From NCBI GenBank assembly GCA_964016885.1, contig OZ024742.1, positions 31,868,001-31,932,000 on the forward strand: DNA of 64,000 nt. Direction: 5' to 3'. The position numbers were made by a program, and so were the translations under genes. Source of the stretch: Eledone cirrhosa (taxonomy: Eukaryota). Of the stretch, positions 31,101 through 46,100 are shown piece after piece. The notes beneath the pieces were generated by a model that made no database searches, was not told the DNA's origin, and saw only the letters and a list, made by a program, of their open reading frames with translations. Each line of letters starts with the position of its first letter. Position 1 is the stretch's first letter.

Positions 31101-34100
31101 TCTGTGGTATGTGGACTATAGTCTCTGGTAACTCAATGTCTTCACTGTTACTTAACTGTTCCAACCTAATATCTGTGGTATGTGGACTGTAGTCTCTGGT
31201 AACTCAATGTCTTCACTGTTACTTAACTGTTCCAACCTAATATCTGTGGTCTGTGGACTGTAGTCTCTGGTAACTCAATGTCTTCACTGTTACTTAACTG
31301 TTCCAACCTAATATCTGTGGTATGTGGACTGTAGTCTCTGGTAACTCAATGTCTTCACTGTTACTTAACTGTTCCAACCTAATATCTGTGGTATGTGGAC
31401 TGTGGTCTCTGGTAACTCAATGTCTTCACTGTTACTTAACTGTTCCAACCTAATGTGTGTGGTCTGTGGACTGTGGTCTCTGGTAACTCAATGTCTTCAC
31501 TGTTACTTAACTGTTCCAACCTAATATCTGTGGTCTGTGGACTGTAGTCTCTGGTAACTAAATGTCTTCACTGTTACTTAACTGTTCCAACCTAATGTCT
31601 GTGGTCTGTGGACTGTAGTCTCTGGTAACTCAATGTCTTCACTGTTACTTAACTGTTCCAACCTAATATCTGTGGTCTGTGGACTGTAGTCTCTGGTAAC
31701 TCAATGTCTTCACTGTTACTTAACTGTTCCTACCTAATATCTGTGGTATGTGGACTGTGGTCTCTGGTAACTCAATGTCTTCACTGTTACTTAACTGTTC
31801 CAACCTAATATCTGTGGTATGTGGACTGTAGTCTTTGGTAACTCAATGTCTTCACTGTTACTTAACTGTTCCAACCTAATATCTGTGGTCTGTGGACTGT
31901 AGTCTCTGGTAACTCAATGTCTTCACTGTTACTTAACTGTTCCTACCTAATATCTGTGGTATGCGGACTGTGGTCTCTGGTAACTCAATGTCTTCACTGT
32001 TACTTAACTGTTCCAACCTAATATCTGTGGTCTGTGGACTGTAGTCTCTGGTAACTCAATGTCTTCACTGTTAGTTAACTGTTCCAACCTAATGTCTGTG
32101 GTCTGTGGACTGTAGTCTCTGGTAACTCAATGTCTTCACTGTTACTTAACTGTTCCAACCTAATATCTGTGGTCTGTGGACTGTAGTCTCTGGTAACTCA
32201 ATGTCTTCACTGTTACTTAACTGTTCCAACCTAATGTCTGTGGTCTGTGGACTGTAGTCTCTGGTAACTCAATGTCTTCACTGTTACTTAACTGTTCCAA
32301 CCTAATATCTGTGGTCTGTGGACTGTAGTCTCTGGTAACTCAATGTCTTCACTGTTACTTAACTGTTCCAACCTAATATCTGTGGTATGTGGACTGTGGT
32401 CTCTGGTAACTCAATGTCTTCACTGTTACTTAACTATTCCAACCTAATATCTGTTGTCTGTGGACTGTAGTCTCTGGTAACTCAATGTCTTCACTGTTAC
32501 TTAACTGTTCCAACCTAATATCTGTGGTCTGTGGACTGTAGTCTCTGGTAACTCAATGTCTTCACTGTTACTTAACTGTTCCAACCTAATATCTGTGGTC
32601 TGTGGACTGTAGTCTCTGGTAACTCAATGTCTTCACTGTTACTTAACTGTTCCAACCTAATATCTGTGGTCTGTGGACTGTAGTCTTTGGTAACACAATG
32701 TCTTCACTGTTACTTAACTGTTCCTACCTAATATCTGTAATCTGTGGACTGTAGTCTCTGGTAACTCAATGTCTTCACTGTTACTTAACTGTTCCAACCT
32801 AATGTCTGTGGTATGTGGACTGTAGTCTCTGGTAACTCAATGTCTTCACTGTTCCAACCTAATATCTGTGGTCTGTGGACTGTAGTCTCTGGTAACTCAA
32901 TGTCTTCACTGTTACTTAACTGTTCCAACCTAATATCTGTGGTCTGTGGACTGTAGTCTCTGGTAACTCAATGTCTTCACTGTTACTTAACTGTTCCAAC
33001 CTAATATCTGTGGTCTGTGGACTGTAGTCTCTGGTAACTCAATGTCTTCACTGTTACTTAACTGTTCCAACCTAATGTCTGTGGTATGTGGACTGTAGTC
33101 TCTGGTAACTCAATGTCTTCACTGTTCCAACCTAATATCTGTGGTCTGTGGACTGTAGTCTCTGGTAACTCAATGTCTTCACTGTTACTTAACTGTTCCA
33201 ACCTAATATCTGTGGTCTGTGGACTGTAGTCTCTGGTAACTCAATGTCTTCACTGTTACTTAACTGTTCCAACCTAATGTCTGTGGTCTGTGGACTGTAG
33301 TCTCTGGTTACTCAATGTCTTCACTGTTACTTAACTGTTCCAACCTAATATCTGTGGTATGTAGACTGTGGTCTCTGGTAACTCAATGTCTTCACTGTTA
33401 CTTAACTGTTCCAACCTAATATCTGTGGTCTGTGGACTGTAGTCTTTGGTAACACAATGTCTTCACTGTTACTTAACTGTTCCTACCTAATATCTGTAAT
33501 CTGTGGACTGTAGTCTCTGGTAACTCAATGTCTTCACTGTTACTTAACTGTTCCAACCTAATGTCTGTGGTATGTGGACTGTAGTCTCTGGTAACTCAAT
33601 GTCTTCACTGTTCCAACCTAATATCTGTGGTCTGTGGACTGTAGTCTCTGGTAACTCAATGTCTTCACTGTTACTTAACTGTTCCAACCTAATGTCTGTG
33701 GTCTGTGGACTGTGGTCTCTGGTAACTCAATGTCTTCACTGTTACTTAACTGTTCCAACCTAATATCTGTGGTCTGTGGACTGTAGTCTCTGGTAACTCA
33801 ATGTCTTCACTGTTACTTAACTGTTCCTACCTAATATCTGTGGTATGTGGACTGTGGTCTCTGGTAAGTCAATGTCTTCACTGTTACTTAACTGTTCCAA
33901 CCTAATATCTGCGGTCTGTGGACTGTAGTGTCTGGTAACTCAATGTCTTCACTGTTACTTAACTGTTCCAACCTAATGTCTGTGGTCTGTGGACTGTAGT
34001 CTCTGGTAACTCAATGTCTTCACTGTTACTTAACTGTTCCTACCTAATATCTGTGGTATGTGGACTGTGGTCTCTGGTAAGTCAATGTCTTCACTGTTAC

Positions 34101-37100
34101 TTAACTGTTCCAACCTAATATCTGCGGTCTGTGGACTGTAGTGTCTGGTAACTCAATGTCTTCACTGTTACTTAACTGTTCCAACCTAATGTCTGTGGTC
34201 TGTGGACTGTAGTCTCTGGTAACTCAATGTCTTCACTCTTACTTAACTGTTCCAACCTAATATCTGTGGTCTGTTGACTGTAGTCTCTGGTAACTCAATG
34301 TCTTCACTGTTACTTAACTGTTCCTACCTAATATCTGTAATCTGTGGACTGTAGTCTCTGGTAACTCAATGTCTTCACTGTTACTTAACTGTTCCAACCT
34401 AATGTCTGTGGTATGTGGACTGTAGTCTCTGGTAACTCAATGTCTTCACTGTTCCAACCTAATATCTGTGGTCTGTGGACTGTAGTCTCTGGTAACTCAA
34501 TGTCTTCACTGTTACTTAACTGTTCCAACCTAATATCTGTGGTCTGTGGACTGTAGTCTCTGGTAACTCAATGTCTTCACTGTTACTTAACTGTTCCAAC
34601 CTAATATCTGTGGTATGTGGACTGTGGTCTCTGGTAACTCAATGTCTTCACTGTTACTTAACTGTTCCAACCTAATATCTGTGGTCTGTGGACTGTAGTC
34701 TCTGGTAACTCAATGTCTTCACTGTTACTTAACTGTTCCTACCTAATATCTGTAATCTGTGGACTGTAGTCTCTGGTAACTCAATGTCTTCACTGTTACT
34801 TAACTGTTCCAACCTAATGTCTGTGGTATGTGGACTGTAGTCTCTGGTAACTCAATGTATTCACTGTTCCAACCTAATATCTGTGGTCTGTGGACTGTAG
34901 TCTCTGGTAACTCAATGTCTTCACTGTTACTTAACTGTTCCAACCTAATATCTGTGGTCTGTGGACTGTAGTCTCTGGTAACTCAATGTCTTCACTGTTA
35001 CTTAACTGTTCCAACCTAATATCTGTGGTATGTGGACTGTGGTCTCTGGTAACTCAATGTCTTCACTGTTACTTAACTGTTCCAACCTAATATCTGCGGT
35101 CTGTGGACTGTAGTGTCTGGTAACTCAATGTCTTCACTGTTACTTAACTGTTCCAACCTAATGTCTGTGGTCTGTGGACTGTAGTCTCTGGTAACTCAAT
35201 GTCTTCACTGTTACTTAACTGTTCCAACCTAATATCTGTGGTATGTGGACTATAGTCTCTGGTAACTCAATGTCTTCACTGTTACTTAACTGTTCCAACC
35301 TAATATCTGTGGTATGTGGACTGTAGTCTCTGGTAACTCAATGTCTTCACTGTTACTTAACTGTTCCAACCTAATATCTGTGGTCTGTGGACTGTAGTCT
35401 CTGGTAACTCAATGTCTTCACTGTTACTTAACTGTTCCAACCTAATATCTGTGGTATGTGGACTGTAGTCTCTGGTAACTCAATGTCTTCACTGTTACTT
35501 AACTGTTCCAACCTAATATCTGTGGTATGTGGACTGTGGTCTCTGGTAACTCAATGTCTTCACTGTTACTTAACTGTTCCAACCTAATGTGTGTGGTCTG
35601 TGGACTGTGGTCTCTGGTAACTCAATGTCTTCACTGTTACTTAACTGTTCCAACCTAATATCTGTGGTCTGTGGACTGTAGTCTCTGGTAACTAAATGTC
35701 TTCACTGTTACTTAACTGTTCCAACCTAATGTCTGTGGTCTGTGGACTGTAGTCTCTGGTAACTCAATGTCTTCACTGTTACTTAACTGTTCCAACCTAA
35801 TATCTGTGGTCTGTGGACTGTAGTCTCTGGTAACTCAATGTCTTCACTGTTACTTAACTGTTCCTACCTAATATCTGTGGTATGTGGACTGTGGTCTCTG
35901 GTAACTCAATGTCTTCACTGTTACTTAACTGTTCCAACCTAATATCTGTGGTATGTGGACTGTAGTCTTTGGTAACTCAATGTCTTCACTGTTACTTAAC
36001 TGTTCCAACCTAATATCTGTGGTCTGTGGACTGTAGTCTCTGGTAACTCAATGTCTTCACTGTTACTTAACTGTTCCTACCTAATATCTGTGGTATGTGG
36101 ACTGTGGTCTCTGGTAACTCAATGTCTTCACTGTTACTTAACTGTTCCAACCTAATATCTGTGGTCTGTGGACTGTAGTCTCTGGTAACTCAATGTCTTC
36201 ACTGTTAGTTAACTGTTCCAACCTAATGTCTGTGGTCTGTGGACTGTAGTCTCTGGTAACTCAATGTCTTCACTGTTACTTAACTGTTCCAACCTAATAT
36301 CTGTGGTCTGTGGACTGTAGTCTCTGGTAACTCAATGTCTTCACTGTTACTTAACTGTTCCAACCTAATGTCTGTGGTCTGTGGACTGTAGTCTCTGGTA
36401 ACTCAATGTCTTCACTGTTACTTAACTGTTCCAACCTAATATCTGTGGTCTGTGGACTGTAGTCTCTGGTAACTCAATGTCTTCACTGTTACTTAACTGT
36501 TCCAACCTAATATCTGTGGTATGTGGACTGTGGTCTCTGGTAACTCAATGTCTTCACTGTTACTTAACTATTCCAACCTAATATCTGTTGTCTGTGGACT
36601 GTAGTCTCTGGTAACTCAATGTCTTCACTGTTACTTAACTGTTCCAACCTAATATCTGTGGTCTGTGGACTGTAGTCTCTGGTAACTCAATGTCTTCACT
36701 GTTACTTAACTGTTCCAACCTAATATCTGTGGTCTGTGGACTGTAGTCTCTGGTAACTCAATGTCTTCACTGTTACTTAACTGTTCCAACCTAATATCTG
36801 TGGTCTGTGGACTGTAGTCTCTGGTAACTCAATGTCTTCACTGTTACTTAACTGTTCCAACCTAATATCTGTGGTATGTGGACTGTGGTCTCTGGTAACT
36901 CAATGTCTTCACTGTTACTTAACTATTCCAACCTAATATCTGTTGTCTGTGGACTGTAGTCTCTGGTAACTCAATGTCTTCACTGTTACTTAACTGTTCC
37001 TACCTAATATCTGTAATCTGTGGACTGTAGTCTCTGGTAACTCAATGTCTTCACTGTTACTTAACTGTTCCAACCTAATGTCTGTGGTATGTGGACTGTA

Positions 37101-40100
37101 GTCTCTGGTAACTCAATGTCTTCACTGTTCCAACCTAATATCTGTGGTCTGTGGACTGTAGTCTCTGGTAACTCAATGTCTTCACTGTTACTTAACTGTT
37201 CCAACCTAATATCTGTGGTCTGTGGACTGTAGTCTCTGGTAACTCAATGTCTTCACTGTTACTTAACTGTTCCAACCTAATATCTGTGGTCTGTGGACTG
37301 TAGTCTCTGGTAACTCAATGTCTTCACTGTTACTTAACTGTTCCAACCTAATGTCTGTGGTATGTGGACTGTAGTCTCTGGTAACTCAATGTCTTCACTG
37401 TTCCAACCTAATATCTGTGGTCTGTGGACTGTAGTCTCTGGTAACTCAATGTCTTCACTGTTACTTAACTGTTCCAACCTAATATCTGTGGTATGTAGAC
37501 TGTGGTCTCTGGTAACTCAATGTCTTCACTGTTACTTAACTGTTCCAACCTAATATCTGTGGTCTGTGGACTGTAGTCTTTGGTAACACAATGTCTTCAC
37601 TGTTACTTAACTGTTCCTACCTAATATCTGTAATCTGTGGACTGTAGTCTCTGGTAACTCAATGTCTTCACTGTTACTTAACTGTTCCAACCTAATGTCT
37701 GTGGTATGTGGACTGTAGTCTCTGGTAACTCAATGTCTTCACTGTTCCAACCTAATATCTGTGGTCTGTGGACTGTAGTCTCTGGTAACTCAATGTCTTC
37801 ACTGTTACTTAACTGTTCCAACCTAATGTCTGTGGTCTGTGGACTGTGGTCTCTGGTAACTCAATGTCTTCACTGTTACTTAACTGTTCCAACCTAATAT
37901 CTGTGGTCTGTGGACTGTAGTCTCTGGTAACTCAATGTCTTCACTGTTACTTAACTGTTCCTACCTAATATCTGTGGTATGTGGACTGTGGTCTCTGGTA
38001 AGTCAATGTCTTCACTGTTACTTAACTGTTCCAACCTAATATCTGCGGTCTGTGGACTGTAGTGTCTGGTAACTCAATGTCTTCACTGTTACTTAACTGT
38101 TCCAACCTAATGTCTGTGGTCTGTGGACTGTAGTCTCTGGTAACTCAATGTCTTCACTGTTACTTAACTGTTCCTACCTAATATCTGTGGTATGTGGACT
38201 GTGGTCTCTGGTAAGTCAATGTCTTCACTGTTACTTAACTGTTCCAACCTAATATCTGCGGTCTGTGGACTGTAGTGTCTGGTAACTCAATGTCTTCACT
38301 GTTACTTAACTGTTCCAACCTAATGTCTGTGGTCTGTGGACTGTAGTCTCTGGTAACTCAATGTCTTCACTCTTACTTAACTGTTCCAACCTAATATCTG
38401 TGGTCTGTTGACTGTAGTCTCTGGTAACTCAATGTCTTCACTGTTACTTAACTGTTCCTACCTAATATCTGTAATCTGTGGACTGTAGTCTCTGGTAACT
38501 CAATGTCTTCACTGTTACTTAACTGTTCCAACCTAATGTCTGTGGTATGTGGACTGTAGTCTCTGGTAACTCAATGTCTTCACTGTTCCAACCTAATATC
38601 TGTGGTCTGTGGACTGTAGTCTCTGGTAACTCAATGTCTTCACTGTTACTTAACTGTTCCAACCTAATATCTGTGGTCTGTGGACTGTAGTCTCTGGTAA
38701 CTCAATGTCTTCACTGTTACTTAACTGTTCCAACCTAATATCTGTGGTATGTGGACTGTGGTCTCTGGTAACTCAATGTCTTCACTGTTACTTAACTGTT
38801 CCAACCTAATATCTGTGGTCTGTGGACTGTAGTCTCTGGTAACTCAATGTCTTCACTGTTACTTAACTGTTCCTACCTAATATCTGTAATCTGTGGACTG
38901 TAGTCTCTGGTAACTCAATGTCTTCACTGTTACTTAACTGTTCCAACCTAATGTCTGTGGTATGTGGACTGTAGTCTCTGGTAACTCAATGTATTCACTG
39001 TTCCAACCTAATATCTGTGGTCTGTGGACTGTAGTCTCTGGTAACTCAATGTCTTCACTGTTACTTAACTGTTCCAACCTAATATCTGTGGTATGTGGAC
39101 TGTAGTCTCTGGTAACTCAATGTCTTCACTGTTACTTAACTGTTCCTACCTAATATCTGTGGTATGTGGACTGTGGTCTCTGGTAACTCAATGTCTTCAC
39201 TGTTACTTAACTGTTCCAACCTAATATCTGTGGTCTGTGGACTGTAGTCTCTGGTAACTCAATGTCTTCACTGTTACTTAACTGTTCCAACCTAATGTCT
39301 GTGGTCTGTGGACTGTAGTCTCTGGTAACTCAATGTCTTCACTGTTACTTAACTGTTCCAACCTAATATCTGTGATCTGTGGACTGTAGTCTCTGGTAAC
39401 TCAATGTCTTCACTGTTACTTAACTGTTCCTACCTAATATCTGTAATCTGTGGACTGTAGTCTCTGGTAACTCAATGTCTTCACTGTTACTTAACTGTTC
39501 CAACCTAATGTCTGTGGTATGTGGACTGAAGTCTCTGGTAACTCAATGTCTTCACTGTTCCAACCTAATATCTGTGGTCTGTGGACTGTAGTCTCTGGTA
39601 ACTCAATGTCTTCACTGTTACTTAACTGTTCCAACCTAATATCTGTGGTCTGTGGACTGTAGTCTCTGGTAACTCAATGTCTTCACTGTTACTTAACTGT
39701 TCCAACCTAATATCTGTGGTCTGTGGACTGTAGTCTCTGGTAACTCAATGTCTTCACTGTTACTTAACTGTTCCAACCTAATATCTGTGGTCTGTGGACT
39801 GTAGTCTCTGGTAACTCAATGTCTTCACTGTTACTTAACTGTTCCAACCTAATATCTGTGGTATGTGGACTGTAGTCTCTGGTAACTCAATGTCTTCACT
39901 GTTACTTAACTGTTCCAAACTAATGTCTGTGGTATGTGGACTGTAGTCTCTGGTAACTCAATGTCTTCACTGTTACTTAACTGTTCCTACCTAATATCTG
40001 TGGTATGTGGACTGTGGTCTCTGGTAACTCAATGTCTTCACTGTTACTTAACTGTTCCAACCTAATATCTGCGGTCTGTGGACTGTAGTCTCTGGTAACT

Positions 40101-43100
40101 CAATGTCTTCACTGTTACTTAACTGTTCCTACCTAATATCTGTGGTCTGTGGACTGTAGTCTCTGGTAACTCAATGTCTTCACTGTTACTTAACTGTTCC
40201 AACCTAATATCTGTGGTCTGTGGACTGTAGTCTCTGGTAACTCAATGTCTTCACTGTTACTTAACCGTTCCTACCTAATATCTGTGGTATGTGGACTGTG
40301 GTCTCTGGTAACTCAATGTCTTCACTGTTACTTAACTGTTCCAACCTAATATCTGCGGTCTGTGGACTGTAGTGTCTGGTAACTCAATGTCTTCACTGTT
40401 ACTTAACTGTTCCAACCTAATGTCTGTGGTCTGTGGACTGTAGTCTCTGGTAACTCAATGTCTTCACTGTTACTTAACTGTTCCAACCTAATGTCTGTGG
40501 TATGTGGACTGTAGTCTCTGGTAACTCAATGTCTTCACTGTTCCAACCTAATATCTGTGGTCTGTGGACTGTAGTCTCTGGTAACTCAATGTCTTCACTG
40601 TTACTTAACTGTTCCTACCTAATATCTGTAATCTGTGGACTGTAGTCTCTGGTAACTCAATGTCTTCACTGTTACTTAACTGTTCCAACCTAATGTCTGT
40701 GGTATGTGGACTGTAGACTCTGGTAACTCAATGTCTTCACTGTTCCAACCTAATATCTGTGGTCTGTGGACTGTAGTCTCTGGTAACTCAATGTCTTCAC
40801 TGTTACTTAACTGTTCCTACCTAATATCTGTGGTATGTGGACTGTGGTCTCTGGTAACTCAATGTCTTCACTGTTACTTAACTGTTCCAACCTAATATCT
40901 GTGGTCTGTGGACTGTAGTCTCTGGTAACTCAATGTCTTCACTGTTACTTAACTGTTCCAACCTAATGTCTGTGGTCTGTGGACTGTAGTCTCTGGTAAC
41001 TCAATGTCTTCACTGTTACTTAACTGTTCCTACCTAATATCTGTGGTCTGTGGACTGTAGTCTCTGGTAACTCAATGTCTTCACTGTTACTTAACTGTTC
41101 CAACCTAATATCTGTGGTGTGTGGACTGTAGTCTCTGGTAACTCAATGTCTTCACTGTTACTTAACTGTTCCAACCTAATATCTGTGGTATGTGGACTGT
41201 GGTCTCTGGTAACTCAATGTCTTCACTGTTACTTAACTGTTCCAACCTAATATCTGTGGTCTGTGGACTGTAGTCTCTGGTAACTCAATGTCTTCACTGT
41301 TACTTAACTGTTCCTACCTAATATCTGTAATCTGTGGACTGTAGTCTCTGGTAACTCAATGTCTTCACTGTTACTTAACTGTTCCAACCTAATGTCTGTG
41401 GTCTGTGGACTGTAGTCTCTGGTAACTCAATGTCTTCACTGTTACTTAACTGTTCCAACCTAATGTCTGTGGTCTGTGGACTGTAGTCTCTGGTAACTCA
41501 ATGTCTTCACTGTTACTTAACTGTTCCAACCTAATGTCTGTGGTCTGTGGACTGTAGTCTCTGGTAACTCAATGTCTTCACTGTTACTTAACTGTTCCTA
41601 CCTAATATCTGTGGTATGTGGACTGTAGTCTCTGGTAACTCAATGTCTTCACTGTTACTTAACTGTTCCAACCTAATGTCTGTGGTCTGTGGACTGTAGT
41701 CTCTGGTAACTCAATGTCTTCACTGTTACTTAACTGTTCCAACCTAATGTCTGTGGTCTGTGGACTGTAGTCTCTGGTAACTCAATGTCTTCACTGTTAC
41801 TTAACTGTTCCAACCTAATGTCTGTGGTCTGTGGACTGTAGTCTCTGGTAACTCAATGTCTTCACTGTTACTTAACTGTTCCAACCTAATATCTGTGGTA
41901 TGTGGACTGTGGTCTCTGGTAACTCAATGTCTTCACTGTTACTTAACTGTTCCAACCTAATATCTGTGGTCTGTGGACTGTAGTCTCTGGTAACTCAATG
42001 TCTTCACTGTTACTTAACTGTTCCAACCTAATGTCTGTGGTCTGTGGACTGTAGTCTCTGGTAACTCAATGTCTTCACTGTTACTTAACTGTTCCAACCT
42101 AATGTCTGTGGTCTGTGGACTGTAGTCTCTGGTAACTCAATGTCTTCACTGTTACTTAACTGTTCCAACCTAATATCTGTGGTATGTGGACTGTGGTCTC
42201 TGGTAACTCAATGTCTTCACTGTTACTTAACTGTTCCAACCTAATATCTGTGGTCTGTGGACTGTAGTCTCTGGTAACTCAATGTCTTCACTGTTACTTA
42301 ACTGTTCCAACCTAATGTCTGTGGTCTGTGGACTGTAGTCTCTGGTAACTCAATGTCTTCACTGTTACTTAACTGTTCCAACCTAATGTCTGTGGTCTAT
42401 GGACTGTAGTCTCTGGTAACTCAATGTCTTCACTGTTACTTAACTGTTCCAACCTAATATCTGTGGTATGTGGACTATAGTCTCTGGTAACTCAATGTCT
42501 TCACTGTTACTTAACTGTTCCAACCTAATATCTGTGGTATGTGGACTGTAGTCTCTGGTAACTCAATGTCTTCACTGTTACTTAACTGTTCCAACCTAAT
42601 ATCTGTGGTCTGTGGACTGTAGTCTCTGGTAACTCAATGTCTTCACTGTTACTTAACTGTTCCAACCTAATATCTGTGGTATGTGGACTGTAGTCTCTGG
42701 TAACTCAATGTCTTCACTGTTACTTAACTGTTCCAACCTAATATCTGTGGTATGTGGACTGTGGTCTCTGGTAACTCAATGTCTTCACTGTTACTTAACT
42801 GTTCCAACCTAATGTGTGTGGTCTGTGGACTGTGGTCTCTGGTAACTCAATGTCTTCACTGTTACTTAACTGTTCCAACCTAATATCTGTGGTCTGTGGA
42901 CTGTAGTCTCTGGTAACTAAATGTCTTCACTGTTACTTAACTGTTCCAACCTAATGTCTGTGGTCTGTGGACTGTAGTCTCTGGTAACTCAATGTCTTCA
43001 CTGTTACTTAACTGTTCCAACCTAATATCTGTGGTCTGTGGACTGTAGTCTCTGGTAACTCAATGTCTTCACTGTTACTTAACTGTTCCTACCTAATATC

Positions 43101-46100
43101 TGTGGTATGTGGACTGTGGTCTCTGGTAACTCAATGTCTTCACTGTTACTTAACTGTTCCAACCTAATATCTGTGGTATGTGGACTGTAGTCTTTGGTAA
43201 CTCAATGTCTTCACTGTTACTTAACTGTTCCAACCTAATATCTGTGGTCTGTGGACTGTAGTCTCTGGTAACTCAATGTCTTCACTGTTACTTAACTGTT
43301 CCTACCTAATATCTGTGGTATGTGGACTGTGGTCTCTGGTAACTCAATGTCTTCACTGTTACTTAACTGTTCCAACCTAATATCTGTGGTCTGTGGACTG
43401 TAGTCTCTGGTAACTCAATGTCTTCACTGTTAGTTAACTGTTCCAACCTAATGTCTGTGGTCTGTGGACTGTAGTCTCTGGTAACTCAATGTCTTCACTG
43501 TTACTTAACTGTTCCAACCTAATATCTGTGGTCTGTGGACTGTAGTCTCTGGTAACTCAATGTCTTCACTGTTACTTAACTGTTCCAACCTAATGTCTGT
43601 GGTCTGTGGACTGTAGTCTCTGGTAACTCAATGTCTTCACTGTTACTTAACTGTTCCAACCTAATATCTGTGGTCTGTGGACTGTAGTCTCTGGTAACTC
43701 AATGTCTTCACTGTTACTTAACTGTTCCAACCTAATATCTGTGGTATGTGGACTGTGGTCTCTGGTAACTCAATGTCTTCACTGTTACCTAACTATTCCA
43801 ACCTAATATCTGTTGTCTGTGGACTGTAGTCTCTGGTAACTCAATGTCTTCACTGTTACTTAACTGTTCCAACCTAATATCTGTGGTCTGTGGACTGTAG
43901 TCTCTGGTAACTCAATGTCTTCACTGTTACTTAACTGTTCCTACCTAATATCTGTAATCTGTGGACTGTAGTCTCTGGTAACTCAATGTCTTCACTGTTA
44001 CTTAACTGTTCCAACCTAATGTCTGTGGTATGTGGACTGTAGTCTCTGGTAACTCAATGTCTTCACTGTTCCAACCTAATATCTGTGGTCTGTGGACTGT
44101 AGTCTCTGGTAACTCAATGTCTTCACTGTTACTTAACTGTTCCAACCTAATATCTGTGGTCTGTGGACTGTAGTCTATGGTAACTCAATGTCTTCACTGT
44201 TACTTAACTGTTCCAACCTAATATCTGTGGTCTGTGGACTGTAGTCTCTGGTAACTCAATGTCTTCACTGTTACTTAACTGTTCCAACCTAATATCTGTG
44301 ATATGTGGACTGTGGTCTCTGGTAACTCAATGTCTTCACTGTTACTTAACTATTCCAACCTAATATCTGTTGTCTGTGGACTGTAGTCTCTGGTAACTCA
44401 ATGTCTTCACTGTTACTTAACTGTTCCTACCTAATATCTGTAATCTGTGGACTGTAGTCTCTGGTAACTCAATGTCTTCACTGTTACTTAACTGTTCCAA
44501 CCTAATGTCTGTGGTATGTGGACTGTAGTCTCTGGTAACTCAATGTCTTCACTGTTCCAACCTAATATCTGTGGTCTGTGGACTGTAGTCTCTGGTAACT
44601 CAATGTCTTCACTGTTACTTAACTGTTCCAACCTAATATCTGTGGTCTGTGGACTGTAGTCTCTGGTAACTCAATGTCTTCACTGTTACTTAACTGTTCC
44701 AACCTAATATCTGTGGTCTGTGGACTGTAGTCTCTGGTAACTCAATGTCTTCACTGTTACTTAACTGTTCCAACCTAATGTCTGTGGTATGTGGACTGTA
44801 GTCTCTGGTAACTCGATGTCTTCACTGTTCCAACCTAATATCTGTGGTCTGTGGACTGTAGTCTCTGGTAACTCAATGTCTTCACTGTTACTTAACTGTT
44901 CCAACCTAATATCTGTGGTCTGTGGACTGTAGTCTCTGGTAACTCAATGTCTTCACTGTTACTTAACTGTTCCAACCTAATGTCTGTGGTCTGTGGACTG
45001 TAGTCTCTGGTTACTCAATGTCTTCACTGTTACTTAACTGTTCCAACCTAATATCTGTGGTATGTAGACTGTGGTCTCTGGTAACTCAATGTCTTCACTG
45101 TTACTTAACTGTTCCAACCTAATATCTGTGGTCTGTGGACTGTAGTCTTTGGTAACACAATGTCTTCACTGTTACTTAACTGTTCCTACCTAATATCTGT
45201 AATCTGTGGACTGTAGTCTCTGGTAACTCAATGTCTTCACTGTTACTTAACTGTTCCAACCTAATGTCTGTGGTATGTGGACTGTAGTCTCTGGTAACTC
45301 AATGTCTTCACTGTTCCAACCTAATATCTGTGGTCTGTGGACTGTAGTCTCTGGTAACTCAATGTCTTCACTGTTCCAACCTAATGTCTGTGGTCTGTGG
45401 ACTGTGGTCTCTGGTAACTCAATGTCTTCACTGTTACTTAACTGTTCCAACCTAATATCTGTGGTCTGTGGACTGTAGTCTCTGGTAACTCAATGTCTTC
45501 ACTGTTACTTAACTGTTCCTACCTAATATCTGTGGTATGTGGACTGTGGTCTCTGGTAAGTCAATGTCTTCACTGTTACTTAACTGTTCCAACCTAATAT
45601 CTGCGGTCTGTGGACTGTAGTGTCTGGTAACTCAATGTCTTCACTGTTACTTAACTGTTCCAACCTAATGTCTGTGGTCTGTGGACTGTAGTCTCTGGTA
45701 ACTCAATGTCTTCACTGTTACTTAACTGTTCCTACCTAATATCTGTGGTATGTGGACTGTGGTCTCTGGTAAGTCAATGTCTTCACTGTTACTTAACTGT
45801 TCCAACCTAATATCTGCGGTCTGTGGACTGTAGTGTCTGGTAACTCAATGTCTTCACTGTTACTTAACTGTTCCAACCTAATGTCTGTGGTCTGTGGACT
45901 GTAGTCTCTGGTAACTCAATGTCTTCACTCTTACTTAACTGTTCCAACCTAATATCTGTGGTCTGTTGACTGTAGTCTCTGGTAACTCAATGTCTTCACT
46001 GTTACTTAACTGTTCCTACCTAATATCTGTAATCTGTGGACTGTAGTCTCTGGTAACTCAATGTCTTCACTGTTACTTAACTGTTCCAACCTAATGTCTG